Shown here: one piece after another, positions 1-11,672 of the stretch
Position numbering within the stretch: the stretch's first letter is position 1
Layout: every line of letters starts with the position of its first letter
Assembly: GCF_018977255.1 (NCBI RefSeq)
Contig: NW_024704742.1
Span: forward strand, 54,128,001-54,192,000
DNA from: Callorhinchus milii
Taxonomy: Eukaryota
DNA: 64,000 bases
Direction: 5' to 3'
Notes under the pieces: generated by a model
The model's database searches: none
What the model saw: the letters and a program-made list of their open reading frames with translations, nothing else
Told to the model about the DNA's origin: nothing
Made by a program: the position numbers and the translations under genes

Positions 1-197
1 TACCCTGCCAAGGAAGCAATTTTGGCAAAGTTCATTGTGGGTTTCAAGAGAGAAGTACTGTAGATGGGTATACGAAAGATTAAGACTGAAAGATAAAGGG
101 GAATAGAGATTGAGATTGGATGAACAGCTTTGCTCTGAGAGCTGGTGCAGATTTCATGAGCTGAATAACCTTCTTGTGCATTGCAAATTTCTATGAT
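1..197 (+). mobile_element. CR1 LINE 3' end remnant
   Basis: gctggtgcagatttcatgagctgaataaccttcttgtgcattgcaaatttctatgat resembles the CR1 3'UTR hairpin and (TTCTATGA) tail. Confidence 0.6.
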
Positions 198-323
198 AAT
201 CTGAGACACTATCCTATGTGAAGCCCCTATGTCATTCATGTATGTTAAGATAATAACAGAATTGAGTCCATGAAAGGAATTTTAATTGGTGATTCATTCT
301 CATCGTTTCCCCTTGTATGACAG

Positions 324-493
324 AACCTGCTGGCGGAGAAGGTGGAGCAGCTGATGGAATGGAGCTCGAGACGTTCAGTTATTCGAATGAATGGTGACAA
401 GTTCCGACGCTTTGTGAAGGCCCCGCCTCGTAATTACTCAGTGATTGTGATGTTCACTGCCCTTCAGCCCCAGAGACAGTGCTCAGTTTGCAG
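324..493 (+). CDS. TUSC3: TUSC3 internal coding exon (equivalent to human exon 2), thioredoxin-like domain with CxxC motif
   Basis: AG at 322-323, GT at 494, 170 bp. Translates [56 protein letters not shown](R). The CSVC motif and flanks match TUSC3 as I recall it rather than paralog MAGT1. Confidence 0.97.
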
Positions 494-631
494 GTGAGAG
501 AAATAAAAACAAATGGACCAATGTTCACGAGCATATAATAAAGTAAAACAATAAAAAATGTTGGTGAGATGTAACTTCTGAAGTCTATCAATTTAGAGTA
601 ATGTAATGACATTGACGTATAGTTCAAGCTT

Positions 632-991
632 GTGGAGAACCGTAGCGCAGTAGTTCACTCACACGCCTCACGAGCGAGAGGCCCCGGGTTCGATTCCCGG
701 GCTGGATGAAACCTTAGGCAAGTTTTCTTACCCTACACGACTCTGTTTACCTAGTAGTAAGTAGGAATCCAGTTGTTGGCCAATTGGCAGATTGCTTTCA
801 GGGGGTAATATTCCCTCAAAAAAAATATTTTTTCAATGCAAGACTGTTTGTGGGACACTGCTGTGTGCAACTCACTACCGCATTTCACCCACAAAATACT
901 GTCACTTTACTGTATATTCTGTGAAGCACTTTGAGACGTCTCAATGATGTGATAAGGCGCTATATCAAATGCAAGGATTATTATTATTATT
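632..991 (+). mobile_element. tRNA-derived Deu-type SINE, long subfamily, full length
   Basis: B box ggttcgattccc, central gactgtttgtgggacactgctgtg core, tail gcgctatatcaaatgcaagga(tta)n, extra ~60-bp segment after the head. Confidence 0.85.
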
Positions 992-1599
992 AAGCTCACT
1001 TTATGTAAAATTGGAATACATAAAAATAATAGCTCACAATGTAGGAATTTGGATTTTTCAAATCGTGCAATTTCAATTTTTCAAATTGTTTCCTTTTTCA
1101 TTCGTGCATCAAAAAGCTGTACATCTGCAACCTTTATAAAAAAAAGCTTTATTTAGTTTGAAGTCATGATTGCAATCGCATTGTCAATTGAAGAAAAAGA
1201 TGACTTTTCTTGACTTTAATTATTACAATATTCAGCTAGTATTCACACTATGTTTCATCTTTCATTGATATTTTATGATTTTTTGAGACATCAAAGCATT
1301 TATTATTCATGTGAAAACTTAAGTAGCAAACCATAATGCCAAATAAGCTTCCAATATTATAACTGTTATAAGTTGTCATGGAGGAAGTTAAACCCTAAAG
1401 AGACCCAATGGAACAGGAGATAGGAACAATATTAAATGACTACTTTGAGATTTGTTACCTGAGAGGAAATGAACAAATGCTGTCTTGACATCCATTACAT
1501 AAATGTTTCTGTGTGGGGGGAATTACAGGTGCCCTTAAGTAGGTACTTAATCAATGAAAATTATTACAGTTTTATAAGAGCACTGTAAAACCAGAGCAG

Positions 1600-2140
1600 C
1601 CAGTCAAGAAAGACCTGGTAACTAAAGCTTGACAGGATATCTGTAAACCTGGCATATGAAGTTCAATACAGATAAATGCAAGATACTGCATATTGGAAAT
1701 AAAATTGGGAGCTACTGCACATCCACACTGCATGGGACAAAAATTGCCAAAGGGGAAGTTGAAATCTACAAGTAGGTGTTGACTTTTTGCTCACCGTGAA
1801 CAACGTGTAAGATAGCAATGAACATAGGAAACAGAATACTGTACTAAATTGCCTACTATTTTAGTTCAGTCCTACATAAACCATGCTTGAGTTGCAAGGT
1901 GTCTGATGAGGCATCACAAGGCTTATTGTGTACAGGTCTGATCATCTCAACCTAGGCCTTTAGAGACAGTACAGAGGAAAATGAGCATGATCCCCTTTGT
2001 TTTAAGGGATGATTTATCAGAATGAGTAGATAAGCTCGGGCTTCTCAGTTGAAAAGAGACTTTATTCAGTCTCTGAGGGGATCTGATAAATGCAGAAGAT
2101 GGTGCAAGGTGACCGTTTAACGTGGTGTTCTTAAGCCCCA
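1600..2140 (+). mobile_element. Degraded CR1 ORF2 fragment
   Basis: tggcatatgaagttcaatacagataaatgcaagatactgcatattgga = WHMKFNTDKCKILHIG, a typical CR1 RT C-terminal motif. Confidence 0.7.
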
Positions 2141-3371
2141 TGTCATAACATGTCCTTAAAAAATAGCCATCTTCCAGGTCGTCGGGTTACCACTACATGA
2201 TGTCATGCAAACAGCGCACAGGAAATGACATCAGCGGTGACCCGACAAAACTGAAGGCAACATTTTTGTAAGTATGGGAAGCCGATTTGTCTACCTACTT
2301 CCAATGAGGCGCCATAGCCATAGCCCACAAAATATACAGTCACTACACTTTACAGTATATTTTGTGAAGCTCTTTGAGACATCTAGAAGACGTGGTAAGG
2401 CACTATGTCAGATGCAAGGATTATTATATAGTGCTATAAGCAGCCCCGTGTTAATTAGGGTGTGTATAGTGGGGTTGTTCTGTTTATGGAAGAGAGAAAG
2501 TAAACCCAGAACAGCACTTTCAGATACACTCTGGCTGCAGGATCGGAGGTTGCTGGTTGGGAAGAAAATGTTTAGGATGCACACACACATCAGGAAATAT
2601 TTCTCTACCCAGAAAGTATTTGACAGCTGGAATAATCAGTAATGGAGAATTTCTAGTTGCAAGTTTCACCCACAAAATACACTGGCAAACCACTTTACAG
2701 TAAAAAGATAGATAGATACATGTATATAATATGTATATATACAATTTATATGTACTGCATATAATGTCCTGGCCAACAATCCTCCAAATAAAATTGGTCA
2801 CTCACTCCATGACTTTTGTGGGATACTGTTGTGCGCAATTGTGCTGCCACATTTGCCTACAAATACACAGTCACTCTATTTCACAGTAATTCCTGTGATG
2901 TGCATTGAGATGTCCTTCCAACGTGCTGAGCCACTAAACCAATTGCAAGGATTATTATTATATCCTGTGAAGCACTTTGAGATGTATTGACGACGTGATA
3001 AGATTTTATTATTAGTATTATTATAAGTAACAAATAATTTCTGGGCAGGTACAATTAGCTTCAGTAGTTATCTGTGAACACTCATTTCTTGAAATGGAGA
3101 TCAGTTAAAATTATTGTGAAAATAGTGTATTAAAGTATGTGGTTTGGTACTGACCAATATAGAACAACAAGGGATTCTTTTAATTGTTTGTATGTGCCGA
3201 GTCAGGCAGTTTTGAATGCAACATCCCTTGACTGGATAAGGGAGAAATATTGTATTTCCAATTCTAATCACTGCCCAGTGTAAGCCTGGTTGGAAATGCA
3301 TAATTGCTGAAGATAGGATCAAACTCACTTGAGTGAGATATTGGATGACTGCTATTCATATCATCAGGAGT

Positions 3372-3565
3372 CAACAACAACAATTACCTTTGTATAGTGC
3401 CTTTCACATTGGAAGGACGTCCTAATGCGCTGGCCAGTGAAGAGTTTGCACCAGAGCTGGGGGTTGGAATCAAGAGGGTTAGAGGGTAGGGGGAGTGGGG
3501 GTGGGAGTGTGGCCGAAAGCACATTCAACGAGGAAGGTCTTGAGACTTGAAGGAGGCGAGTGAGT
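3372..3565 (-). mobile_element. L2 LINE 3' fragment
   Basis: (caa)n tail followed by ttgtatagtgcctttcacattggaaggacgtcc, the reverse complement of the L2 3' ends at 57056-57466 and 60156-60467. Confidence 0.7.
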
Positions 3566-4769
3566 TTCTGCCTTTTGGGAGGAGGGTTTGGGTAAAAAAT
3601 GGAACAAAATAATGAATGAATGTCTTCTTGCCGCCTAAGAGATTCTTTGCAGAAATCATAGATAACTGGCAGAGAACTGGGGTCGCAAAGGCATGATAAG
3701 GCTCTATTTCAAATGCAAGATTTTATTTAAAAGGTACTTGGTATGTTTCCAGCGCCCTGGGACGTTCTCCCGAAGTGAAAGGCGCTATCCAATTTAATTT
3801 TGTTGTTGTTGTTCTAGGTCTGCAATGAAAGCTTTTGCCTTGCAAGTGGAACTATCCACTCCTCCCAGTGATTAGCCCCTTTTGGCTTTGAATCGAGAAT
3901 CTGCTTACAAACTACATCCTATGAAGCTTGGAGAAGCTTTGGTGACAAGATATGGTGCCCAAGTGATCACTGCGATAGATATTATCTAGTGCTGGTATAT
4001 TTGCACTAAAAAAACAAAATAAAGTTTCTCATTCCTTCCGATTACAATTTTTTTTTTAGTCCTAGATCAAAAGAATAATTACCTGCCCAAAAGTCATAGA
4101 TATTGAGAGGGTGAAAGGCAGATTCAGTATGAAACAATATACAAATTAAGAGAGACTTGTTCCTTAAACCCTCTACCAGATGATATTGGGCAGAGTTCCA
4201 ATGTGATTCGTGCTGATGGAGATACCATTTATACTGGACCTTGTGGAAATGAATTTCTGCCTAAATCATAGCAATTCACCGCCATATGTGCAGTGTAAAC
4301 ACAATGTACAAACTGTATGCTCAATGGAATATTCCAACTTATCTCATTTTTGGTAATCGGGAAAATTTACCACCCAGTTTCTTTCCTAATGATCCATCGT
4401 AATTGGCACAAAATACTCTAACGCCTTAGTAATGTTAAGCAATTGCACTAATGATATCACATCTGTACGTTTTACTTGCTCCATTGGTTTCAGTGGCTCA
4501 TTCTTGAGTGCTACAAATATGCTCAAATGTCTGTTGGTATCTGTTTTTATTCTGTAATATTGTGTAGACTTGAGATCGCTTTGAAGAACCACAAGGAAAC
4601 GGAGACACAGTCTTATCTAGAATTTTTGTAGTTTACCCCCCCCTCAAGCTTCCATTTGAATCGCTTTGAGTCATCCTCCCAATGTGAAATCTCCTAAATA
4701 AATGCAAATTATTGTATCCCAGCTGGAACACTTTACATGATTATGCTGAAGAGAAAGATTTGATATTGT

Positions 4770-5175
4770 GTCAGCCTCACTTGGTTGGTTGCACTCTTGC
4801 CTCTCAGTCAGAAGGTTGTGAGTTCAAGGCGCATTTTGTATAGATGACACTCCTATTCAGTGCTGGGAGTGTGCTGCCATGGGACATCTTTCTGCCGTAA
4901 AGGAATACAAATGTAATTTGTTGTTGTTGTTTAACTGAGGCCCTGTCTGTCTGATCAAATGAATGTTAAATATCTCATGGCTTTACTCAAAAAGAGAATG
5001 GAGTTTCTCCCAGTGTCCTGGCCATTCACTCCATAAATATTTGTGGGAAATTGCTGTGTCCAAATTAGCTGCTGCATTCGCCCACAAAACACAGAAATTC
5101 CACTTTACAGTATACCCCTTGAAGCACTTTGGGATGTCCTCTGACTTGAAAGATGCTTACCAAATGCAATAATTA
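4770..5175 (+). mobile_element. Older, diverged Deu-type SINE with a short inserted L2 tail (~4885-4931)
   Basis: Head gtcagcctcacttggttggttgcactcttgcctctcagtcagaaggttgtgagttcaag; core ttgtgggaaattgctgtgtccaaattagctgc. Similar old heads occur at ~14745-15010(-), 19480-19830(-), 22365-22498(-), 28705-28850(+), 38563-38860(+), 42900-43120(-). Confidence 0.65.
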
Positions 5176-5362
5176 TTACTACATTGTAAAAAATGTAAAT
5201 CATTTTTCACTAATTCTTCTCCATGTTTGCCCATATTCTGTTCGTCCTTTTATCATTGAAAACAATACATAAAAAAATCCCATCATGATTGTCCAAAATG
5301 TTTAATTTTACCTGAACTTGAAGGATGATTGAAGTGCCCTTCTTGACATCTTGTGCACTTTT

Positions 5363-5674
5363 GTGGAGTCCAGTAGCTCAGTGGTTAGAGCACTCGCTTT
5401 GCAAATGAGAGACCTGAGTTCAATTCCAGGTCAGGGCAAAACCTTGGGCAAGTTTCCTTACTTCACACGCCTAATAATAATCCCTCCAAAAAACCAAAAC
5501 CAATAATAAATTGGTCATTTTCAATCTACGACTGTTTGTGGGACATTGCTGTGCGCAATTGGCTGCCGCGTTCGCCCACAAATATAGTCAATTCACTTTA
5601 CAGTGTGTTCTGTGAAGCGCTTTGGGACGTCCTCCTGACGTGAAAAGCGCTATATCAAATGCAAGGATTATTAT
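5363..5674 (+). mobile_element. Young tRNA(Ala)-headed SINE, short subfamily, full length
   Basis: A box tagctcagtgg, B box gagttcaattcc, TGC anticodon loop; near-identical to copies at 8337, 40325, 41607. Confidence 0.92.
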
Positions 5675-6569
5675 TTGATTATTTATGGCACCATCTACGA
5701 CAAATTTGGTCACGTGTGGTCCATCATGCACTTTTACCTGTAACCAAGAAAAAAGCCTTTAATCAAACATGTTAGAGCTGTCAGTGAAGCTAATTATTGG
5801 TAGCAGAAGAACAACCAACTCATCTGGGCTTGATGTCGGCCTAACACTAGAATCTTTAGAGTAGACTTAAATTACACGGCTTGTAAGGGTAAATTGAAAT
5901 AGATGTCAGGTTAATGCTGTACTGGTTTAGACACTGCTGTCATCTGCAGGCTTTATACTGTCAGTAATATATTAATGGGACATTTTCATAGAGAAAATAT
6001 CAAGTCTTGTCTGCAGGCTGATGAAGAGATACCATAGCTCTGCCAGTAGGCTGCATACCATTAGTAAATAGTCTCATTGGTGAAGATGTAATTATTCAGT
6101 GAATGTCAATACATTTTGTTCAGAAAAAAATGTAAGTTGAATGCTTAAATGTACCAAGAATTTTCAGACAGGATAAATCTGATACAATACAATTGAGCTT
6201 GTATAAGACTAACTCTCTGAACCGCGCAAAACCGGTTGTTTGGTGGGGGTCCTTAAGACATGTTAAAATGCAATTGCACTGCTATTCTTCCCATGGTTGA
6301 TTGAGGAAAACTATTGAGAAACTGTGAATAATAATTTGTGTTGTGCCTCTTATTTGTACGTGACTGTAGATCATGTTATCACTTGGCTCTTTAATATCAA
6401 TTTATCTCCCTTACAGAAACATTGTGTAATTGTGAGGACCAGCATCTAATTGTTGTGTGATGCATGCACTTAATCCATGCAGTTAGCACTCTGCGAAGAA
6501 AATGAAGTGTAAACATTAATACAGTGTGCTCTTTTCCCAAGCTGATTTTGGTACACTACTTTCTTACAG

Positions 6570-6687
6570 GCAGGCTAATGAGGAGTACCAGGTGCTGGCG
6601 AACTCATGGCGATATTCATCTGCGTTTTCTAATAAGCTCTTCTTCACTGTAGTGGATTATGATGAAGGAGCAGATGTATTTCAACAG
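6570..6687 (+). CDS. TUSC3: TUSC3 internal coding exon (human exon 3 equivalent)
   Basis: ttcttacag|G...CAG|gtaaat, 118 bp. (R)[39 protein letters not shown]; phase-2 junction AG+G=Arg joins the previous exon in frame. Confidence 0.97.
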
Positions 6688-6980
6688 GTAAATAATTATC
6701 TAAAATCCAGAGGTTCTTCTCAATGGGAGTAGCATCAATTCAAGTTGGTTTTGAATTAGCTTTGCTTCCCATAAAGAGAACGAGGCACACACAGCATGCT
6801 CATCACGTTCGCTTGAAATTAAGCAAATGGATAAAGAAAATCATCTTTCAGATCAAACTTATATGTTTGTTCTTTAAAGCCCTGTACAAGTGTTAGCTTC
6901 TGCATAAATCTTTCCTTAATAACTAGTGATATTAGCATTTCGTACCCCTTAAGACTGCACCATGTCTTTGACTTTAAGAA

Positions 6981-7686
6981 TTGGGTCTCCAATTGGGTTT
7001 CTGGGCTGCTAACAGCACAGAAACTGCTCTGATCAAGGTGACAAACGACATCCTGTTCATCTGTGACCAGGGCTCCCTCTGCCTCCTTGTCCTCCTCGAC
7101 CTCTCTGCTACATTCAATATCATGGAGCACACCATCCTCCTCTGCCGCCTCTCCTCTCACCTCAACCTTCAAGGTTCTGTCCTTGAATGGTTCAGGTCTT
7201 ATCTCTCACACCGTCTCTAATTTGTCTCCGCTCTTCCAGCCCCCACACAATCTTGTGTGGTGTTGCTCAGGGCTCTGTCCTCAGTCCCCTCCTCTTCAAA
7301 CTATACATGCTCCCGCTTGGTGACATCATCCGCAGTCATGGGGTCAACTTCCACATGTACGCGGATGATACTCTATCTCTCTGCCTCCACCCTCGATTTC
7401 AGGACAACTACCATCGGCGGCCAGGCTTTCAACCTCTCTGTCCCCACCCTTTGGAACTCCATCCCACAATCCCTTTGCCTTTCTCTCTCTCTTGCCTCCT
7501 TCAAGGCACAACTCAAGACCCTCCTTTTCGACCGTGCCTTCAGCTGCCCTCCAACCCTCTCTGCCCTCCTTCATCCCAACCCTACCCCCCCATGCTCGGG
7601 TCCTGATCCCCAACTGTCCAGCGCCTTCGGTCATACTCCCGACGTAAAAAACATTTTACAAATGTAATTTTGTTGGTGGTGTTGTT
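6981..7686 (+). mobile_element. L2 LINE, 5'-truncated and internally deleted
   Basis: [56 protein letters not shown], then a jump to [25 protein letters not shown] and a (ttg)n-like tail; approximate TSD ttaaga(a)ttg. Confidence 0.9.
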
Positions 7687-8255
7687 AAGATTGCATTATA
7701 CATGTATAACCATTCATATTTCTCTATCTTGTACAGAATCCCTATGTCTAAATGATATCTAAATGGTAGATGCACATGCAAGCAAATTTCATGGATGAAC
7801 GTATTAACTGTGTCAATGTTAATACGTCAGCATAGATCCTACAGTCTGGATATATTTACACTGTTATGTAATAGTATGTCCCAAGCATGTTATTAAAATA
7901 TATTTTCTATATACTAGTGCACACTCTTTGTACATGTGAAGACAAAAACTTAAACTTATGTTCCTTTAAATGTGGGATAGCTGACAAGTGCAAGCATTTG
8001 CATATTTGTGGAAATGATAACTGTAATGGAAAAAAAATAATTTGAGCATTCTTACTGCGTGCACAAGTTTCTGTTGATGTGTCTTCTGTTGTAAAGTGAT
8101 GTCAGAAGCAATTCCAGCATATAGCATACATGTGAGCAGGAAGCAGCATGATGTTAACGGCAAGTTCTATGCATAGAATAAATGCATGCACAACCCCTGG
8201 ATATTTTTTAGTGCAGGAAGCTAATCAATACCTTTCAGGGAGTGCAGGACATAAG

Positions 8256-8875
8256 TAATGATAATAATAATAATAATCCTTGGATTTGATATAGCGCTTT
8301 TCACGTCTTCTTGACATCTCAAAGTGCTTAACAGAAGTCTAGCTCAGTGGTTAGAGCACTCGCTTTGCAAGCGAGAGACCTGAGTTCAATTCCAGGCAGG
8401 GCGAAACCTTGGGCAAGTTTCCTTACTCCACACAGAGCCTAATAATAATCCCTCCAAAACAAAACAATAATAAATTGGTCATCTTCAATCTACGACTGTT
8501 TGTGGGACATTGCTGTGCGCAATTGGCTGCCGCGTTCGCCCACACAAAAAAAATATACAGTCAATTCACTTTACAGTGTGTTCTGTGAAGCGCTTTGGGA
8601 TGTCCTCCCGACGTGAAGAGCGCTATATCAAATGCAAGGATTATTATTATTATATACTGTAAAGTGAATTGACTGTATTTGTGGGTGAAATGCGGCAGCC
8701 AATTGCACACAGCAGTGTCCCACAAACAGTCGTGGATTGAAGTGACCTATTTATTATTGGTTTTTTTTCTCGAGGGATTAATATCAGCCGTGTGGAGTAA
8801 GGAAACTTGCCCAAGGTTTTGCCCTGCTGGGAATCGAAACCAGGTCTCTCGCTTGCGAGGTGTGTGCTCTAACCA
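8256..8875 (-). mobile_element. SINE split into 8256-8336 and 8653-8875 by a nested SINE
   Basis: The two parts rejoin to the consensus ...acagaa|tatactgtaaagtg... Confidence 0.88.
8337..8652 (+). mobile_element. Young SINE nested in an opposite-strand SINE
   Basis: Near-identical to the 5363 and 40325 copies; ends ggattattattattat. Confidence 0.9.
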
Positions 8876-9035
8876 TGGAGATAAGTGATAATAAGTAAAG
8901 CTGTGCTAAAATAATGGGGTTCCTTTGTAATTGCTGCTTTCTGGATAGATTTGCAATTCCAAACCACATGGATGCATTTCAACAAAACATTGATTGCTAC
9001 AAGTGAATGCTTGATGTCGTTTTAATCGGACAATT

Positions 9036-9289
9036 TGTGGAGTCCTGTAGCTCAGTGGTTAGAGCACTCGCCTTGCATGCGAGACACCTGGGTTCAATTC
9101 CAGGCAGGGCAAAATCTTGGGCAAGTTTCCTTACTCCACACTCCTAATAATAATCCCTCCAAAACAAAACAATATACACACAAATATACTATCAATTCAC
9201 TTTACAGCATATTCTGTGACGCTCTTTGAGACGTCTAGAAGACGTGAAAAGCGCTATATCAAATGCAAGGATTATTGTTATTATTATTA
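9036..9289 (+). mobile_element. SINE with the central core deleted
   Basis: Head and tail intact; jumps from aaaacaat to cacaaatatac, lacking the gactgtttgtggg...gccgcgttcgcc segment. Confidence 0.82.
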
Positions 9290-11177
9290 CAATTAGTTAC
9301 TCAGGACACTTTTTCCTATCTCGCAATAAGTAAATTACTCGGCTTTTTAAAGCAGAGCATAGCTCGGTCTTGTCTGTTGCTCTATTGCTCTACAACATTT
9401 TATTGGCTCAACGCGAAGAGAAGTGCAAGATTATCACTGGCTCCCAAAGGGTAATTTCCCAGAACGCTTTTAACTGTTCCATGTTACTGTACGGCTGTGA
9501 CCCCGATAGCTGTTGATTCTGGGTGAATCCTCTTTAAGAAGATGGTGCCTCCAACCTTTGACACACATTCACTGCTAGCAAGCAAAATGCGCCATGCATT
9601 GCTTGACTGTGTACAGTAAACCAGCTTTGCTGGACAAAATTGAGGAGGTGAGAGCATTATCGAAGAAGGAATTCCAGTGAACAAAACCGACACTCTCCAG
9701 CTCAAATCAAATACAACAGTTTCCAATTGGATTTGTAAAGCTGGCACTGATTCAGTGCAGTTCTTAATAGGTACTCTCCAAACTCCAGGAAGAGTGCTGG
9801 ATATTTGATGTGAAGAACAGATGATAGATAGCCGTAAACCTGATCTCAATATTAATTTGATTGCTGTTGTGGATCAGAGGAACAACAAATGAGAAGGAGA
9901 GGAATTTCAACCCCAAGCTACAAGTTGTTCCAGAGATGAGAACTGAATAGCTTATTTTTGGTTGATACAGAACATAAGTAGAATCTCACTATCCAATATC
10001 AATCTCAGAAAAAACACTCTTAGAAGAACTCTGGGGAAAGGAAATGTTCATGAAAAGAAGACTGAAAAATATATTATGTCATATCATTTGATGTGCTTTA
10101 ACAGTTAGATGTTAGATTTCAGAATACTGCACCTAAAACTACAACATCAGCAAAATAAAAAATATAAAAATAATTAGGACCAGGTTTGAAGCTGCACATT
10201 AAAAAAAGAGAATTCAACACTGATTGCATTTAATTTACACTTCTTTTTTTTTGCTTTTTTTTCATATTGGAAACCAAATCTCCCTGTCCTTGGATGCACC
10301 TTAATAATGTAGCACACACTGATTAAAGGAAGTGGATGACCAGTTGCTAAGACGCTACCATTTGGATAGTCTTTTAAGAAGTACTGCATTGGAAAACTTT
10401 CAATCCTCTTGCCCTATAGGGATGTATCATCTTTTTTCTGTGCCTCCCCCTCACAGCCTGTCAGACTGCTGGAACTCACTGATGGGAATCACAGCCGTGA
10501 ACCTGCATATTAAAGCTCTATGGCACAGTATGTTGCTGATACATCACTAGGCCTTCAGCACCATCTGTTTTGTTCTTGGATTTAACTTTCAGTAATGTCC
10601 AGGGAAAACTGCTGGTGTGCCTGAATGTACAAAGTGACCCAGATGAGATTCTGAGGCGGGTGGTGCTTTATTTTAGGATGACAGCAAACTTTTACTGGTT
10701 GATTAACTGAGAAAATAAATAAGGTTTTTTTAAAAAAAGCAGAAATCCAAATATGTTTTACTATATCTGATTGCAATGTGTTCCATTCGTGCAGTGCTTC
10801 AGATGAGACATAAGAACATAAAAATTTGCTAGGTGAAAGAAGACCAAGGTCCATCTAGTTCACCTTCCACCATTCTTCCACCACCACCTTTGCCCACAAA
10901 ATCGAAAGTCAATTCACTTTACAGTATATTCTGTGAAGTACTTTGGGATGTCTCGAAGACGTGATAAGGCAGTATATCAAATGCAAGGATTATTATTATC
11001 CTGGCAGCAGTCCTTTGACATGTCCTGTCCCAAACCATATACTTTTAACAGAAATCAATTTAATTTGTTGTCAAAAGCAAAGTTTTCTGCTTCCACTGTT
11101 TCCCTAGAGAGCCTATTCCATAAGTATACTATTTGCTCACTGTTTCCACAGATTTGTTCTGAATTTACCCCCCTTCA

Positions 11178-11430
11178 ATCACAGGAGAAGACATGAGCTG
11201 CAGAGTTCTGAATGATATGCAGGTTGTGGAGGGAAAAATTGGGAAGGCTGACAAGCAAGGAGTTGGTGTAGTAAAGGCTAGATATAATGAATGCACGAAT
11301 GAGGGTTTTGGTGGCCTTAGAAGAGAGGCAGAGGTGGGCGATGTTGCAGTAGTGGGGGAAGGCAGAGCGGGTCATAGCATAGATATAGGGTAGAAAGGAT
11401 AGTCGAAGGTCAAACAAGATGCCCAGGTTC
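11178..11430 (-). mobile_element. L2 ORF2 C-terminal fragment
   Basis: FDLRLSFLPYI..KTLIRAFIISSLYYTNSLLVSLP..LHIIQNSAAH is a typical L2 post-RT sequence. Confidence 0.8.
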
Positions 11431-11529
11431 TATATTAAATGGAAGGATTGTTATTTCTATACAGTCTAAGGTTAGGAGATTGGCTGAGAATTGACATCTT
11501 GCATCAAGAGTTAAAAGAGCTAATACCAA

Positions 11530-11672
11530 CAACAACAAAATTACATTTGTAAAGCGCCTTTCACGTCGGGAAGACGTCCCAAGGCGCTGGACATACAGAG
11601 TTACGAATCCGAGCAGGGGCTCGGGGTAGGGGAGGGTGGAGGGCAGGGGGGAAGCAGGAGATCAAAAGCACC
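11530..11672 (-). mobile_element. L2 3' fragment with 8-bp TSD
   Basis: aataccaa at 11522-11529 and 11673-11680 flanks a (caa)n-tailed L2 end. Confidence 0.8.

Noticed and set aside
5363..5440. tRNA-Ala(TGC)-like sequences at SINE starts
   Set aside because: Each continues into SINE body and tail and lacks a proper acceptor stem; these are SINE heads, not tRNA genes.
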